Source: Macrostomum hystrix
Taxonomy: Eukaryota; Animalia; Platyhelminthes
Direction: 5' to 3'
Length of the DNA stretch: 64,000 bases
Assembly: GCA_950097015.1 (NCBI GenBank)
Contig: CATNEN010000038.1
Location: 12,462,001 to 12,526,000, forward strand
In this document: piece after piece, positions 1-13,735 of the stretch
How the letters are laid out: every line of letters starts with the position of its first letter
Numbering within the stretch: position 1 is the stretch's first letter
Position numbers and translations under genes: made by a program
Notes under the pieces: generated by a model
Seen by the model: only the letters and a program-made list of their open reading frames with translations
The model's database searches: none
What the model was told of the DNA's origin: nothing

Positions 1-2804
1 TGCCTTAAAAGTAGTGGTGCTTGGGGTTTGGGGTCTGGTAGGGTTTTGGGTCAGGTTTAGATACTGGGTTAAGGTTTTTAGGGTTCTTATATTTTTTCGA
101 GTTGAAATTAAATTAAGAGTTTGAGCATAAAATGCATTTAGCTAATTGGCAGCTGCCATTCAATCTAATCCTAGTTTCCAAGCAAGCCTTCTACAGTGTG
201 GGTCAAACATATATATACTATATAAAAATATAAGAGATATACTATATACCCAGATTTTCTTTTGCATCATAGTTTTGTTTAGTAAAAACATAGTTGCATA
301 CTTAATATTCCTTTAATATATTTTATTGCTAAAATTAGTATATTCATTAAATTATTGTTTCTACCTCTTTGCCTTTTTATCTTAATCAAATTAATTATAA
401 TACAAAATCTATGTATTTTACCATTTAAAATAATGAAGTAAGCCTAAAAATCTTTAAAAGCTGAAGATTGTGACAAGAAATCTGAATATGCTAGGTTGAG
501 TCTTTTTGCCAGAATAAATGTTTTTACTGTGAGTAAACACATGAAAACCATTATTTTTTCCTTGTAATGTTATCAAATTAGTAAAAAAATATTGTAGCTT
601 TTATATTACTCTTTTACAATGTTATTGACAATATCTGAAAGCAGAAGTAGAATGTTATTATTCTGTCTAGTACATACATGCGCAACCTCCCAAATCTTAG
701 CCGGCCTTGCGACTTAGTTTTTGCTCTCATTTGCGACTTAGTTCGTTTCATTGCTCTATTTACAGCTTAGTTTGCTCTCATTTGCTCTCTTTTTCTCTCC
801 CCTTTTTCCTTTTCTTCACGCCTTCCTTTTTTGTCCCTTGGTCCCCCCTTTGATTTTTTTGCGTTTGGTCGATTGGTTTTTGCGACTTACCTTGCTTGGC
901 CCTCGTTTCAGCCGGCCGGTCCGGCCGGCTCGGCCGGGTGTTGCGCTTGTATGGTCTAGTATTGTTTAGTTTCATTTTAAAGAAAGAATCACTTGTTTTT
1001 ATTACATAGTGCAAACTTTTGTAATTAAATAAAAAAAATTTTTTTTTTAATTTTAAATTTGAAACAAATACTAAATTCTAAAAAATAGAATAGTAAACTA
1101 TTTTAAAGAAATATAATACTGTCCAAAAATAACTTGTATCACTATTACTGCAAAAAATATTAATCTGTTTTACATTTATGGTATTTACCTAAAAAGACAA
1201 CAGTAACATGAGGGACTTATATATGTTAAAAAAACTAAAATGAGTTGAAAATGTTTAAAGTTGCTCAAACTTCTAAGTGAGGTGTCTTTTTATTAATATC
1301 ATATCATTTTCCTCAATAATAAAAAAGTACATATTCATTTTTTAAACCTTAGGCCTTCTAGAGACCCTATATAGAAGATGTTTAAGTCAAAGGTGAAGAA
1401 ACTCTGGATCAAGTATATTTAGCTGGTGTCTGCCAATCTGTGGTTGTAATTTTCTAGGGTTTCAACTTCTCACTGCTGGCATGCATTTACTTGTTGCTGG
1501 TGTCCATTAAGCATATTTGTTTTGGGACATTCTGGTATGCACTCAACATTATTTTCACTGTGGAAAGCACAAAATTGCAAAGTTAAAGTACATATCTAGC
1601 TAGGCTAAACTAGCTGTATAAATCTTGCTTTAAAAATTATAACCTAGGCAAAAACCTGTCATTAAAATATCATCATCAACAAAAGGCTTTCGAGACAACA
1701 AAATCAAGAGATATCAAGCCATTAGTAGCTAGCAATGCACTTAGATCTTACTAGGCTATGGATAATAGAATATAATAGAACAATGTAAATTACTTACATC
1801 GCGTTGTTCTCATTGTGTTGCTGTGTTATAATTTTACTATCTAAAAATGTGTAATATAAATGAAGCTGGAGTGGTTTCAGCTAGAGATAGGCCGCCAGCG
1901 ATAAACGGAAAATTTAGCTACTAATCCTTGGTTTTGCAGGAGTGTGGATTTTGACGAGCAGGGTAAACGCGGCTGACCTCACTTTAAAGATAAAGCGAAT
2001 AGTAATCCAACTTGAGGAGTTGAATACCAAGCCTCTATAGCGCCTACGATGAAGAGAAAGGCCTGCGTCTTGCTTGTTAGTAGAAAAAGCGGCTATGCAA
2101 AAATTGCAGTTTAAATTTGTTTTACCTGTTTCGTAAACTAACAAAGGATCTGATTGTGATGCCATCAAATCAAACAAATATGTTAATTTCACATACAATA
2201 ATATTTCTTGATTTAATATTAACATTCTGTCCTTTATATTTTAGTGCGTTAGTAAGATCCAGTTTTAACAAGTCTTATTGTGATTTAATAAAACAGTTAC
2301 GTAAGTGCAGGGGCTGGTAAAAAGTAATACGCAACACTGCAAAAACAATTAGCCTCAAGCGAAGCAGAAGAAAGGAATCTGGACTTACGTTTACTGACCG
2401 TTATTCTTACCTCCTTTTACAATCATTGAACACAGATGTTAACGAACACGAGTGGAAGTGAGGTCACTAATTCTAATGGTACATTTCGTACATGTAACGC
2501 TGTAATTTTAGTAAAGCTTACGTACGATTAAAACAAGGTTTATAAATATAGTTATAAGCCATTTATACTGGATTTCTAATTATGATTGCTCCAAAAATGA
2601 AACATCGCCAATTATTATTTAATCGCTCACCAAGCACGGGACATAACGACGCCTCGATTGATTTCTAGCTGCTCCAGATGAAGATGGACTCCAGTTTACC
2701 AGCGGATGATGATGTCACGACGAGACCAAAGATGCATGTAATATATTTGAACATTGTCATTCACATACGGTTACAAACGATTGATTACATGATTTAAAAG
2801 AAAG

Positions 2805-3096
2805 TCAATCTGGCAGAAACCCAATTCGGCCAGATGTGCAGGTGACAGCACAAGCAGCCGCAGCTATTGCGCGACGCATCCGAAGGCTGCGTACGGCTGT
2901 TCAGTCCATGGACTGCATGGGGGGACACCATAACTAGCTGATGCTGGTACCCATTTAACAGCTGGGTGAACTGAAGCAATGCAGAGTTAAGTGGCTTTGC
3001 TAAAGGACACAAATTGTTCCAGTGGAGTCGGGAATCGAACCCCCGATCTAATTTAAGTCATGAGTCCGACGCTCTAACCACTAGGCTACAACCTCC
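2805..3096 (-). mobile_element. tRNA-derived SINE family A (CORE-like central domain), near full length
   Basis: Minus strand: A box TAGCCTAGTGG and B box GGTTCGATTCC, then TGTGTCCTTTAGCAAAGCCACTTAAC..CTTCAGTTCACCCAGCTGTTAAATGGGTACC, which resembles the CORE domain. Related copies occur at ~10335-10410, 16255-16485, 33225-33300, 45730-45830, 48770-48885, 53640-53880 and 57368-57655. Confidence 0.8.
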
Positions 3097-3305
3097 TCCA
3101 TCACACAAGAACGCGTGATGAGTCAGGAAGTCATGCAAGAAGTCAACCCTAATTGTAATTTAAACTAGAACAGCACATACGTACACGGTAAATAGCTTTA
3201 TTGAATAAGTACACACTTTTCTATTGTAACATTTTATTTTATATTACTTGTATATATAGTTTTCATAATATATTTAGTTTATAACAACAACAAAAATTCA
3301 CTTAC

Positions 3306-6300
3306 ACTCAAATGTGGATGGCACCGGCGTCCAATATCCATTTACTTCATTCTCCATAAATTCGCACTTTGAATATGCCACTGTTCGGTTGATGCCTTTA
3401 AACATTCTGCCATACACAGTTTGGATTTCTATTACATCATTCACTCTGTACTTTGCTCCTGGTTCCAGAAGATTGAAATCGCTGAAAGTTGTGCCAATCG
3501 GAGTCTGTGGCAAGCGGCAAAATAGACCTAAGGGGGGAATCAACATTTAGTTAGTCGAAATATTTATATGTACCAACCTGGCCTGCATGTGCCATTAATT
3601 TGTTAATAATAACACGTTATATGAAATCCGATACTTTTTCCCGAGGACGCTTAGCAAAAGGGGGCTATAGGTGGACACCGAATTATATGACCATGCAACG
3701 CGCAAAAAATCCTCCAGCTATAATTACGCCTCTCAAATATATTTACCGCATTCAACAAGATCCATTTCGGAAATTAGTAAAAACGCGAGAGAGAAAATGC
3801 TTTCAGTGTACCGCTTTGGGTGCAAATAAGCTTAATGCATTTTGCTAAACACATTTGTACACAGACATCATGAGCCGCGTGCTCACTGGCGCCCCCTATA
3901 CGCACCCAGCAAATAAAACTTCTGGCTTTATCGCGCCGATGAAGGTCAGGACGACATGGAAAAATCGATTATTATCAAGGTAAAAGGTGTAAAAGGGTAA
4001 AAGGTATCTCGTCTCAAAGTTACTGAACCAACAGCTTTTCGATCCATCAGTGCTGCATGGACCAGTATCTGAACAAAATTTATTGTATAGGACACAACGG
4101 AATCTTGAAGGGGATGCGTGGCAGAGCGGTCTAACACGTTGACCTCTTGAAACAAGGTCCATGAGCTCGTTTCCGCAGCTCATCTGGGGCGTATCCGCGG
4201 AGAGAAGGCTTTCCGAGCTTGTCGTCCGATAAAAACATTTACAATTATCGGCGCACAATAACATACATCTTACTGGATAGAAATACGAGTACATTTTTAC
4301 CACTTTTACATAAGAATTACATAATACAACTTGTAAAACATGGCTTACGCTGGCACAGCTGGTACGAAGTCCACGTCCTATCTTGCTGACACACCGCGAA
4401 CTCCGGTGCCCCAACAGGAAAGCGCAGACCAGAAGGACAGCTTAGCCTGACTTGTGAGCCCACCAGTAGGATTCCAAGCGCTGACGACGTCACGTTTAGG
4501 AATGCCAGACTGAGGTTGCGCTGCCCAGCGAGCAACGAATCAGGGCCGACTTCCGTGACGCTAAACTGGCGCTCCACGACAGGAATCGCATCGCAGGTTC
4601 GGACTGAAACCAGAGATTTCAGGCATTAAAAGCATCTACAGATATATTCACCTGATCTAATAAAAAATTGTCAAGAGTGAAATAATCGATAAGCGCGCAT
4701 CTCACCGCCACAGCCCCGGCGCCACTGGCTGAAGTTGCTCCACTGGCTGTCAAACTGACAGATAGAGTGAAACTCCGTAACAGAGGGTGCATCTAGAAAC
4801 TCCTGCGATGCCACGTTCTGACAGCGAACAGTGATGGTCTGATTGAGCTGGCTAGAATTGCCCGTCAAGGAAATGTTAGGTATATTGCTGAGCTCCTCGA
4901 TGCTGTGGACACACTCTCCGGCTGAAAGGTTGTTGATTTTTTGTGCTTTTTATACATTAGATTCACACTGTCATGTATACATTTGCGTCAAACAGCTACA
5001 CAGCTATCATATACAGCTACGTCATACAGCTCTGGAGGAGGATCACACCGTGGACGCCGGCATCACCGGTTCTGCCTGCGTGACACTGCAGTTATAGTTG
5101 CCTGTACTCGCGACGGACTAGGTGGCGAATGGGTGGCGACGCCTTCCGCTGCATCTGGACGATGCACACTTTAGCTAAGTCAAGTAAGTCATAAAGCTAT
5201 GCATATCTACACAGGGAATGCAGCTGACACAGCTGTAAAATGGACTGCGTCATCTGTTTGGGTAGAGATTTGGAAACGTTTGGCCACGTGCCTGGGCAAT
5301 CTCGCCGGGCACTGTTTTCTCCAGGGTGACCTAATTCGAGATTGAACTATGGTCTTTCGCCAGTCTCAAAACAAAAATGCTCAGCTCTTTTTGTCCATCA
5401 CTGACGGCTAAGCCGCCATTTCACCTCGGGCCCAACCAATGAAGTAACATGATATGCTGTCTGACAGCACCCCATGGCTCATCAAGTACAATATGGCAAC
5501 AAGAAGAACAACGGTCTTCCTTCGGAAAACAATGCCGCGAGACCGGATCCGGGTCTCAAGGATTTAGTAGAATGGGCGACCCTCGCCTCCCCGCTTTGTC
5601 CACAGAGAACAGAGAAGCTAAATCAAATAAGGAGTCTCCGCTCCCATAGTCTATGGACTGAGAACTACAGGTACACAGCTTTTAGAGGCGCCGCGCGATA
5701 GCTCCAGTTGTCACTAACACACATCTAACACAGTTGGGTTCATTTGTACTCGTACATTTATCTATCTATCTTTGCGCAATTAGATTAAGTATATGATGTT
5801 CAGGAGGCTTACTACGCATCGGAAACACGTCAGTCCAATAGGGGAGACCACTCGACTCATTGAGCAGACAGGTGCTGAACCACCAGCTGGCGTTGATGAC
5901 GGTGAAGAAGGATCCACCAAGGGCCTCATAGAAGACGCTGTCGAACAGTCGCAGCTGCGGATCCGCCGGTTGGTTTCTGAAGCGGTGGCTGATTTGGGCA
6001 GCCGGTGGCGACGGTGGCGGCGGGCACGCCAGTCCTGCGCAAGTGACAAATACTCGATAAGAATGTTTATAAGTATTAGCAAAAATCGATATTGTATTGT
6101 TTCAGTAGGAATATGAAGCTATTTTATAAAAAAAAGAAACAAAACCCCCTCTGAAGTTTTTTTCTGCGCCTGAAGGTGACACGCCACCATGCAGTGTCTT
6201 TTTGACGATAAGTTGTTATCTTAAGTGTACTTTCTAGTGCTAAATGAGCGCGATAGAGAAATTTGCAATCCATGTAGTCGGCTGGTGCTACCTGTTGAAG

Positions 6301-9300
6301 GTCCAGAAGCTCCGCCTAGATAAATGCTAGTAGACAGAAAAGTTTAATGATAAAGCCACATGTGGTCGACATGTGGCTTCATCACGCCATAAAAAATTGG
6401 CGTGTACTGGGGTTAACTGAAAACACAAGCACTTATAGGAAAAAGTAGACTCTAAAAATCGTTGACTATCTTGAAGTTCTGAAGAGAATGCGACTTGATT
6501 CTTGCTTAAGCCTTGGTATCCCTTGGTATCCCTTGGTATCCCTTGGTATCCCTTGGTATCCCTTGGTATCCCTTGGTATCCCTTGGTATCCCTTGGTATC
6601 CCTTGGTATCCCTTGGTATCCCTTAGTATCCCTTAGTATCTTGTGGTATCCCTTGTTATCCCTTAGTATCCCTTGGTATCCCTTGGTATCCCTTGGTATA
6701 CCTTGCTATCCCAATTACAATAATGATGCGCCAGCAATATTAATAGAGGTTTTTACTCACTAATGCAGTAATCAAAACTGGACCAGGTCTTGTTCTCTTG
6801 GCAAATCATTTTCGATGGTGAGTTTAACGGATGGTTGTGCGTATCTGGGCACTTGAGTTGCACCTCAGAGAGCACTGCTTGTGACGCCACACTCAAATTG
6901 ATTAGGGGCAGAACACTGCTGCGGATAGTCAGATTGTAGAGTGATCCAAGGCTGTTGCTGTGTCGTTGAACAATGTACTCTTCCCATTGATTGGCTGCCA
7001 CGAAAGCTAGGCAGTGCTTCGCTGTGGAGGTTTTCATTAATCTTATGTTATCTTGAACAAAAACAGTAAACAAAAATCCAATGTGTTATTATTTAATCAA
7101 TTACTATGGTATAAACGGCATTAGAGGTATCAACCTTCGCGCAAGGAAGTGTCTGATTTGTCAAATAAGTTCTCAATCTATTTTTCTACTCACTTGCACA
7201 TCCGGAGCTCCATCGCCACTCCTCAGACCAAGAGCCGTTAGCCTGGCATGTGACACTTTTCTCACTGGTTCCAGGAGCTGCTGTCAGCTCTTGCAGAGTA
7301 GCATTTGCGCAACTCAATATTGCCGTGTCCAAGTAGGACTCACCAGTCGGTTGCACCACTTTAAGACGTGTTGTCTGTGCTATAATAGCCAGGCTCGGCT
7401 TGCAGATGGTCCCTGTGGGTTCGATAAAGGTCACATTTGGGAGCTCAAGCCTATTGTTAAGGAGTTTCGGACACAATTCTGACCGAGAACAAATTAGAAT
7501 CTTAACTTTATTGGTGTCCTTTATTCCTTTATAGTTCACTCAGCGTTGAGATCAGATATGGGATCTTGGAAATGGGATATGGGATCTGGGATCTAGGATC
7601 TGGGATCTAGGATCTGGGATCCAGGATCTGGGATCTAGGATCTGGGATCTAGGATCTGGGATCTAGGATCCTAGAAAAAGGTTACCTGCACCAGCTGCCG
7701 CACACTGCAGCCTTTGGAAGAAGCGCCCTTGAATAGCTGCGGCTAATGCCACTTGCTGTATAAATCAGGCCCAACTGAGCTAAGTGCTATTTATATATTT
7801 TCATCTATCCAAAAAGTCGCCGCTAAAAGTGAGGGTCCAAAGTACTTACTCTCTAATCGTGAAATAGCTGTCCAGTAGGTAGTATTGTCCGTGCTATTTA
7901 GTGCGCAGGACGACACAAAGAATGCGTCGCCACTATCGTTGAAATAAAATCCTCGATCAGCTTTGAATTTCACCGCATCGTAGAGCCTCTGAGGCTGACT
8001 AAAATTGTTGTAGAACTCTTCGTAGACTGACATATTGGCTTGGACTTGCAGAGGTGGACACCGAAGACCTGGATAGTATTAAAATACGTTTCATAATAAT
8101 TATCGAACTAGAAGAGCCTTACGCTTAAGTTGGCGACTTACGCTCGCATAGCTGAAAGCTGGTCCAGGTCTTGTTTAAGTGGCAGACAGTTTCGGTGGGA
8201 CTGGAAGCAGGCAGATGGTGGCCAACAGGGCACCCAAGTGACAGCTTAGTCAGGGACACGGATGGGCTGGTCAGAAATGGAGAGATACTGACTAACTGCA
8301 CAGTCAGGCTGTTGTTCATTATCATTTTGGCCCCATGGTCGAACCGCAGAATAATATAGGTTGTTGTCCTTGGCAACGGTAGTGGCTGACACAGACGAGC
8401 TGAAGTCATGTGGTTTTGTCAACAAAGTTTAATTTTTCTGTCATTGACAAAAATGCTAACTTCTGAAAGGTAAAGAAGGCCGGGTTTACCTTGACAACCA
8501 CTTAGCCACGCACTCTGATTGGTCCAAAATCCCTGAGCGGTGCAGGTGGATTCAAACTGTATGACGTCAGGCATTTCAATAAACTCCTGGGTGCTGGAAT
8601 TTCTGCAAGCGACGCTGATCCGATCGCCAAACTTGTCACCAGGCAACGCGCTGTTAAATGTGATGCTTAAGGTCGGCAAAGAGTTGAGATCGCTGTAGCT
8701 TATGTTGCATCGAATTCCTGAAATTTATTGTGACTCCTTTTTCCAGGCCAAGTTCTATGATTTCTTAATGGGAAAGTGCAAATGCAGATTCTTACTTTCT
8801 GTTACCAGCACATCCGTCCAATAGATTGCGCTTCCATCACCTGATAGAAGGCAAGTGCTGAACCATTTGGTACTGTTAACACCTGAAAACTTATAGCCTG
8901 GGTTGGCTTGATAGATGACAGAGTCATACAGGAACCAGGTGGCATTTGGTTTCTGCAGTACAGTGCTGTAAACTGATGCATTTCCAACGGACGGTGGTCC
9001 TGAGCAGTTAAAGCCTAAATGAAGAAATTGTGGAGGCTTTAACAGTAGAAAGACCTGGGGGGTTTTCAAATACCCACATTTTTTTCTGTGTCTAGCAAAA
9101 TATTCAACTAATTGTCGTGAAAATTCAGAACACGGGCTAAAATTTTCCGCTCTATCCGATTGAACAAATCCCAGAATAACATTGGCATTGGCATCGTCGA
9201 GATATCCAACGACTATCGACAGGTTGTCTGGAAGAAAAGGCATCGTAAATGCTTAATTTTTCTGCTCACAAAATGTCCTCATATAAACATATTATATTTT

Positions 9301-12300
9301 TAAACCAATAGGCATTCGCCATAGAGGTTTATAAATAGGAACATTTAGCTGTCATTGTCACCACTGTCTTCGACAAGAATCGCTGAATATCTCGACGATG
9401 CTGACGTCAGCGACGGCTTTGAAAGTTAGTTCATCGTAAGGGGCGGAAAATTTGTTGTCTCTATGGCGGACTCGGGTGAAAATTGGTCATTTGGTTTTGG
9501 AGCTATCATGAAGTAGACAGGGGGTATTTGAAATACCCCGTGGCTTTCCTAAGAGAGAAAATAGCGTTGTCTTTCTACTGTAGAGTACACTAGGACGCAG
9601 TTTTGTGTTCATAGGTTAATTCTACAAAATGAAAAGCGTTTGTACGCAGCATTGTTTTCTGGCCTGCTTACGCAAACAGTTGGGCACGGGACTCCAGTTC
9701 AGGCTGGTTCGGCATTCGATGAAATCCACCCCATCGGAGTTTCTGTGACCCGTAGCGCATTCGACGAAACTCCTTGAGAAAACTTTCATCGACACATTGC
9801 CGTACAGGATGGCGAGGCTGATGTTGCTGGTGTTCATGGCAATTTTCTCGCCAAATGAGTCCCAGGTTGGAACCTGATAGATGGCGAGTGGCATCTCCGG
9901 TGCCGCACAGTTGCTCACTGAATGCTCAGAAAAAAATGATGGCTCAACGTTTTCTATACGGCTCAGCGCAAGAATAAAAAACAGAGATATCGGAATATTT
10001 TATTATTTAGGTCTCAGCTCGCTATTTCCCTGACTCCGTTCAGACTTCGATCCCTCGTGACACTCACATTCTACTGGCGGCAGTTCAGTCCAGTAGCTGC
10101 TGTTCGTGCTAGCATTCCACAGGCAGCTGGCAAAGTGCCAGTTGCGTGCCACAACTGAAAACTGAAACCCGGCATTGGTCGCGTAGTAAACGGTGTCATA
10201 AAGCTGGAAGTACTCGCCAGGAACGTTTGAGACGTTTTTAATTATGCTGGCCTTCTCGACTGATTGCGGCTCGGTACAACTTGCTCCTGCAGGGTAATTG
10301 GAATAAAAAAAATAAAAAGACAAACTTTTTCAATTCGAGTCGGGAATGGAACCCCACTACCATTAAGTCATTTGTCCAAATGCTCTAACCAACAGGCTAC
10401 AACCCCATTGGTTGCAAAAAAAGGTTAAAAATTAAGCCAGTAACAAACTAATTTGACAGATAATGTACGTTTATTCCTTTCTAGTCATAAATCGTATACC
10501 ACCTGCCCCATTTTACGAGAAGATCGAGCCGTCAGGTAGAAGAACTAGCCATGGCCAGGACTAGCAGTGCTCGGGAATCGATGCTTTTGCATGATTAAAA
10601 AACAACTATTAAATCTCAAACTAATGGTTTGCACGCTCACTTAAACAGTTGTCAAAATGAGTCCAGGTCTTATTTGTCTGGCAGATAATTGATCTTGGAG
10701 CACCTGCTGTCAGGTAAAAGCCGTCTGGGCAGCCGATCTGAAGCTCAGTGAACACGTCAGCACTGGTATTAACAATTGGTCGAGTGAGCACCTGCTTGAT
10801 GTACACTGACTGGTTAGAGCTCAAACTGACAATTTGATACGGCAGAGCTGTGACGTCTGGTGGAGGGCAGGTCTTCACTGAAAACAGGTTGGTTGAAATT
10901 CATGCATACATTATCATACTCTGCAGCTGATTATACTGCAGGTAATTTACACCGCCCATGTGACACTAAATCTGTAGAATATAATCGAAAGACACAAAAA
11001 GACACTTAAGGTAAATGCGCTGTTCGAATATTGCTCTTAAAGCCAAGGAAAAATTGAAGTTCCGGGTTTATCAGCGTAGATCATCTGTTTTAGCCCAAGC
11101 TAATTAAGTTTAGTTTTTATAGTAAAAATAAATAGTTTTCTTTCGTAATAATGCGAAAATTACTTCCTACATATACTCGTAATAAAAGTTAAATTCGCGC
11201 CGACGCCAAAAATTATCTTGTTTAAATTACGCTCATTTGTTAAAAATTAGGACTGTAAAACTGATATAAATAGACGCGAGATTTGAGAAGGAGGAGAACC
11301 AACGTCCTTTGCGAACTCACGTTCAAATAATAACAAGGAAGTTTAGATTGAGAATAAAAGCAAATTTTTCAATTATGAGAGAAATATACGTGTGAAAGTT
11401 TTACAATTATTTTTCTATTAAAGAGAGGTTGAAAATAAGATGAATATACAGAGACATAATAAAATAGAACTGAACTAAGTAAAATACAATATAATTACTA
11501 AGAAATCTAACATCAGGAACATATATCAAATAATACTTAGAGCTATACATTGACGAATTCCCGAAGAGAAGCCGTGACCCTCTGAATCACTGGAAGCCTA
11601 ATCTGACTGCGAAATCATATACAGTAGCCGAATTGACCACTCGAGCAATAAATCGTTACCACAATTGTGAATATGAGAAGCATTGTTAAGTAATTTTCTT
11701 TAATTCTTAGAAATTATTAAAACGAGATTCTAATAATAATTAAAAATTTGTCAAAGAGATAAGACCAGAAATAGCCCTACACAACCTTGGTGGCATCATT
11801 TGGATAAAATATCTTTAGAGTGATAATAATTAAAGAGAAGTAAAGAGGACAGATCTAGAGCTAAACTCACAACTGCAGCCCAGACTCCAAAGTGACTGGT
11901 TGCTCCAGCGTCGATCTGCGTCACAAAAAGTGTTGAATTGTAAAACACCCGGCGCCTTGGCAAACTCATTGGTGGTGGAGTTGTCGCAGACAATGACGGC
12001 TGTGTCCAGGTATCTATGCCCGTTTGGTCCATTGTGTGCTAGCAGTGTTGCGTTGGGCAGGCTAGACAAGTTCGCTATTCTCAAATGGCAGAATATTCCT
12101 AAAGTAAAATAGTTTGGAAATAGAATAATAACAATAATAGTTGCTGCAGGCAACGGCACGTCGTTCGGTGACACTAGATATGCAGCCACAGAGGACGCAA
12201 TTCTGCCCATTTCACTGACTCCTGAGCACACACGCACACAGATGCCGTACGCAGGCACACGCTCAAACAGGTGTGTCATCTTCCATGACTTTCTCATCGT

Positions 12301-13735
12301 CAGGCAGTGTACACTTCACTGTTCCTTGGAGTTTGGCCCTTAAAGGTGTAAATTGCACGACAAGTCCCAAAGCCTTCTCTCCGCGGCTGCGCCCCAATTT
12401 AATGTGTCCTCGCTGCAGAATCGAGCTCATGGACCTTGGTGCGAGAGTCAAACGTGTTAAATACTCTGCCACTCACCATCTTTATAAATTTAATGGTAAA
12501 CGCTTAATTTGTTCTTTTTTCCCACTTTATAATCTCTGAAGAAGTTTTTATTTGATTTTATTTTCATAAAAAATATTTTTTAACTCACTCCTGGTCTCAG
12601 GCAGAAAGCTCCAGTTGCCAGTTGCCTCACACATGGGTCGCCACTCCATCATACCTTCGCTGTCCGTTCCATCAACTGGCGGAAATTCATAGCCCAGTGC
12701 CGCTGTGAACACAGCATAGTCTCTGAAGGCTAGCGTCGATATGCCGACAGCAGTCAACAATGCTAGATTGTTACTGTAGACACTCGTAATCCGAGCATTC
12801 GTGATGTTTTGCAGTTCTGGGCAGACGACGCCTGAGGTTTTGTGATCAGACAGCCGCTTGACCAGTTATTTGTAAATAAAGATTCTCTACTCTTTCTGTT
12901 CTTCAGCCGAAGCTGGTTTGTCCCGTAAAGCCGCCGAACCATCAAGGGTTCGATTCAGGCATGTTTATTTATTGACACAAAAGCAGATTTTTAATTAGAC
13001 AGTTTTTTACTTCTCTCGAATTTTGATAGAAAGCACGTACGAGTGGTAGTTCACGCATAGTTCTGAACTACAGAGTATTTTGTGAAAAGTTAATCTACTC
13101 AATGACATTCATGTACTTACGCGTGCACGTCACGTTCGCATTCGTCCAGGATTTTTTAACCTGGCAGGTCATCCCGATGTCGCCGCTAGGCAGGTAGCCA
13201 TGGGTGCAGCGCATGGTGGCGGTGGCGTTGAACGCATTGAAATAAGGATCGGTCGAATCAAAAAAATAGCGGGTGGACGATTCCAATACTCGATAAGCCA
13301 GCCAGGTGCCATTGCTGTGCAGGTATGTGGAAAGCAAAGCCACTGGGCTCGTCTGGTTTTGGAGTACAGGACAGCGCTTCACTGAAACAGGCGCGAGTGG
13401 GAGCGGGTCCAAAATCACAAGAAAGCTACCAAAAAGGTAAACTTTCGAGACCTTCCACAACTAAAATTGGTTCTAGTCACAGTTCAGCATCCACTAACCG
13501 CTGCACGCATCGCTGATGTTATAGAATTGGTAACTGGTGCCCAGCGTGTAGGCAAAGTTGCCACTCTGGTCGCACACGTAGGTCCGGTTGTCGCTGATCT
13601 CCGGCAGAAATTCGAACCCGTAGCTGCAGTCAGCCAGGAGACGTTCGCCAACTCGATAGTGCGGCTGCGACTCCTGCCGGATGCTTGCGTTTTGCACCAA
13701 CGGAGAGCTGAAGCAGGCCAAGTCTGGCCAAAATG
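3306..13735 (-). CDS. Gene B C-terminal array of ~17 single-exon Sushi/CCP modules
   Basis: One C..P...(C/A)..G(Y/F)...C....W....C module per phase-1 exon. The last recognised exon is 3306-3527 (GLFCRLPQ..NGYWTPVPSTFEC). Confidence 0.85.

Noticed and set aside
21-85. Telomere-like G-rich repeats
   Set aside because: Degenerate, only a few units and at the window edge; at most a potential G-quadruplex.
751-1014. Lys-rich and hydrophobic ORFs on opposite strands
   Set aside because: Products of low-complexity pyrimidine-rich DNA with no domain signature.
3020-3096. tRNA gene (A/B boxes, CAT in an anticodon-like loop) on the minus strand
   Set aside because: The anticodon and acceptor stems do not pair properly and the sequence continues into a multi-copy SINE body; it is a SINE head.
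3935-3990. Second hammerhead-like string CCGATGAAGGTC..GAC..GAAAAATCGATT
   Set aside because: The core is mutated, stem I is not identifiable and there is no supporting Penelope sequence.
4973-5730. Small solo LTR (TGTCATG...CTAACA) hosting the LOA fragment
   Set aside because: The TSD is imperfect and there is no second copy in the window; unsupported.
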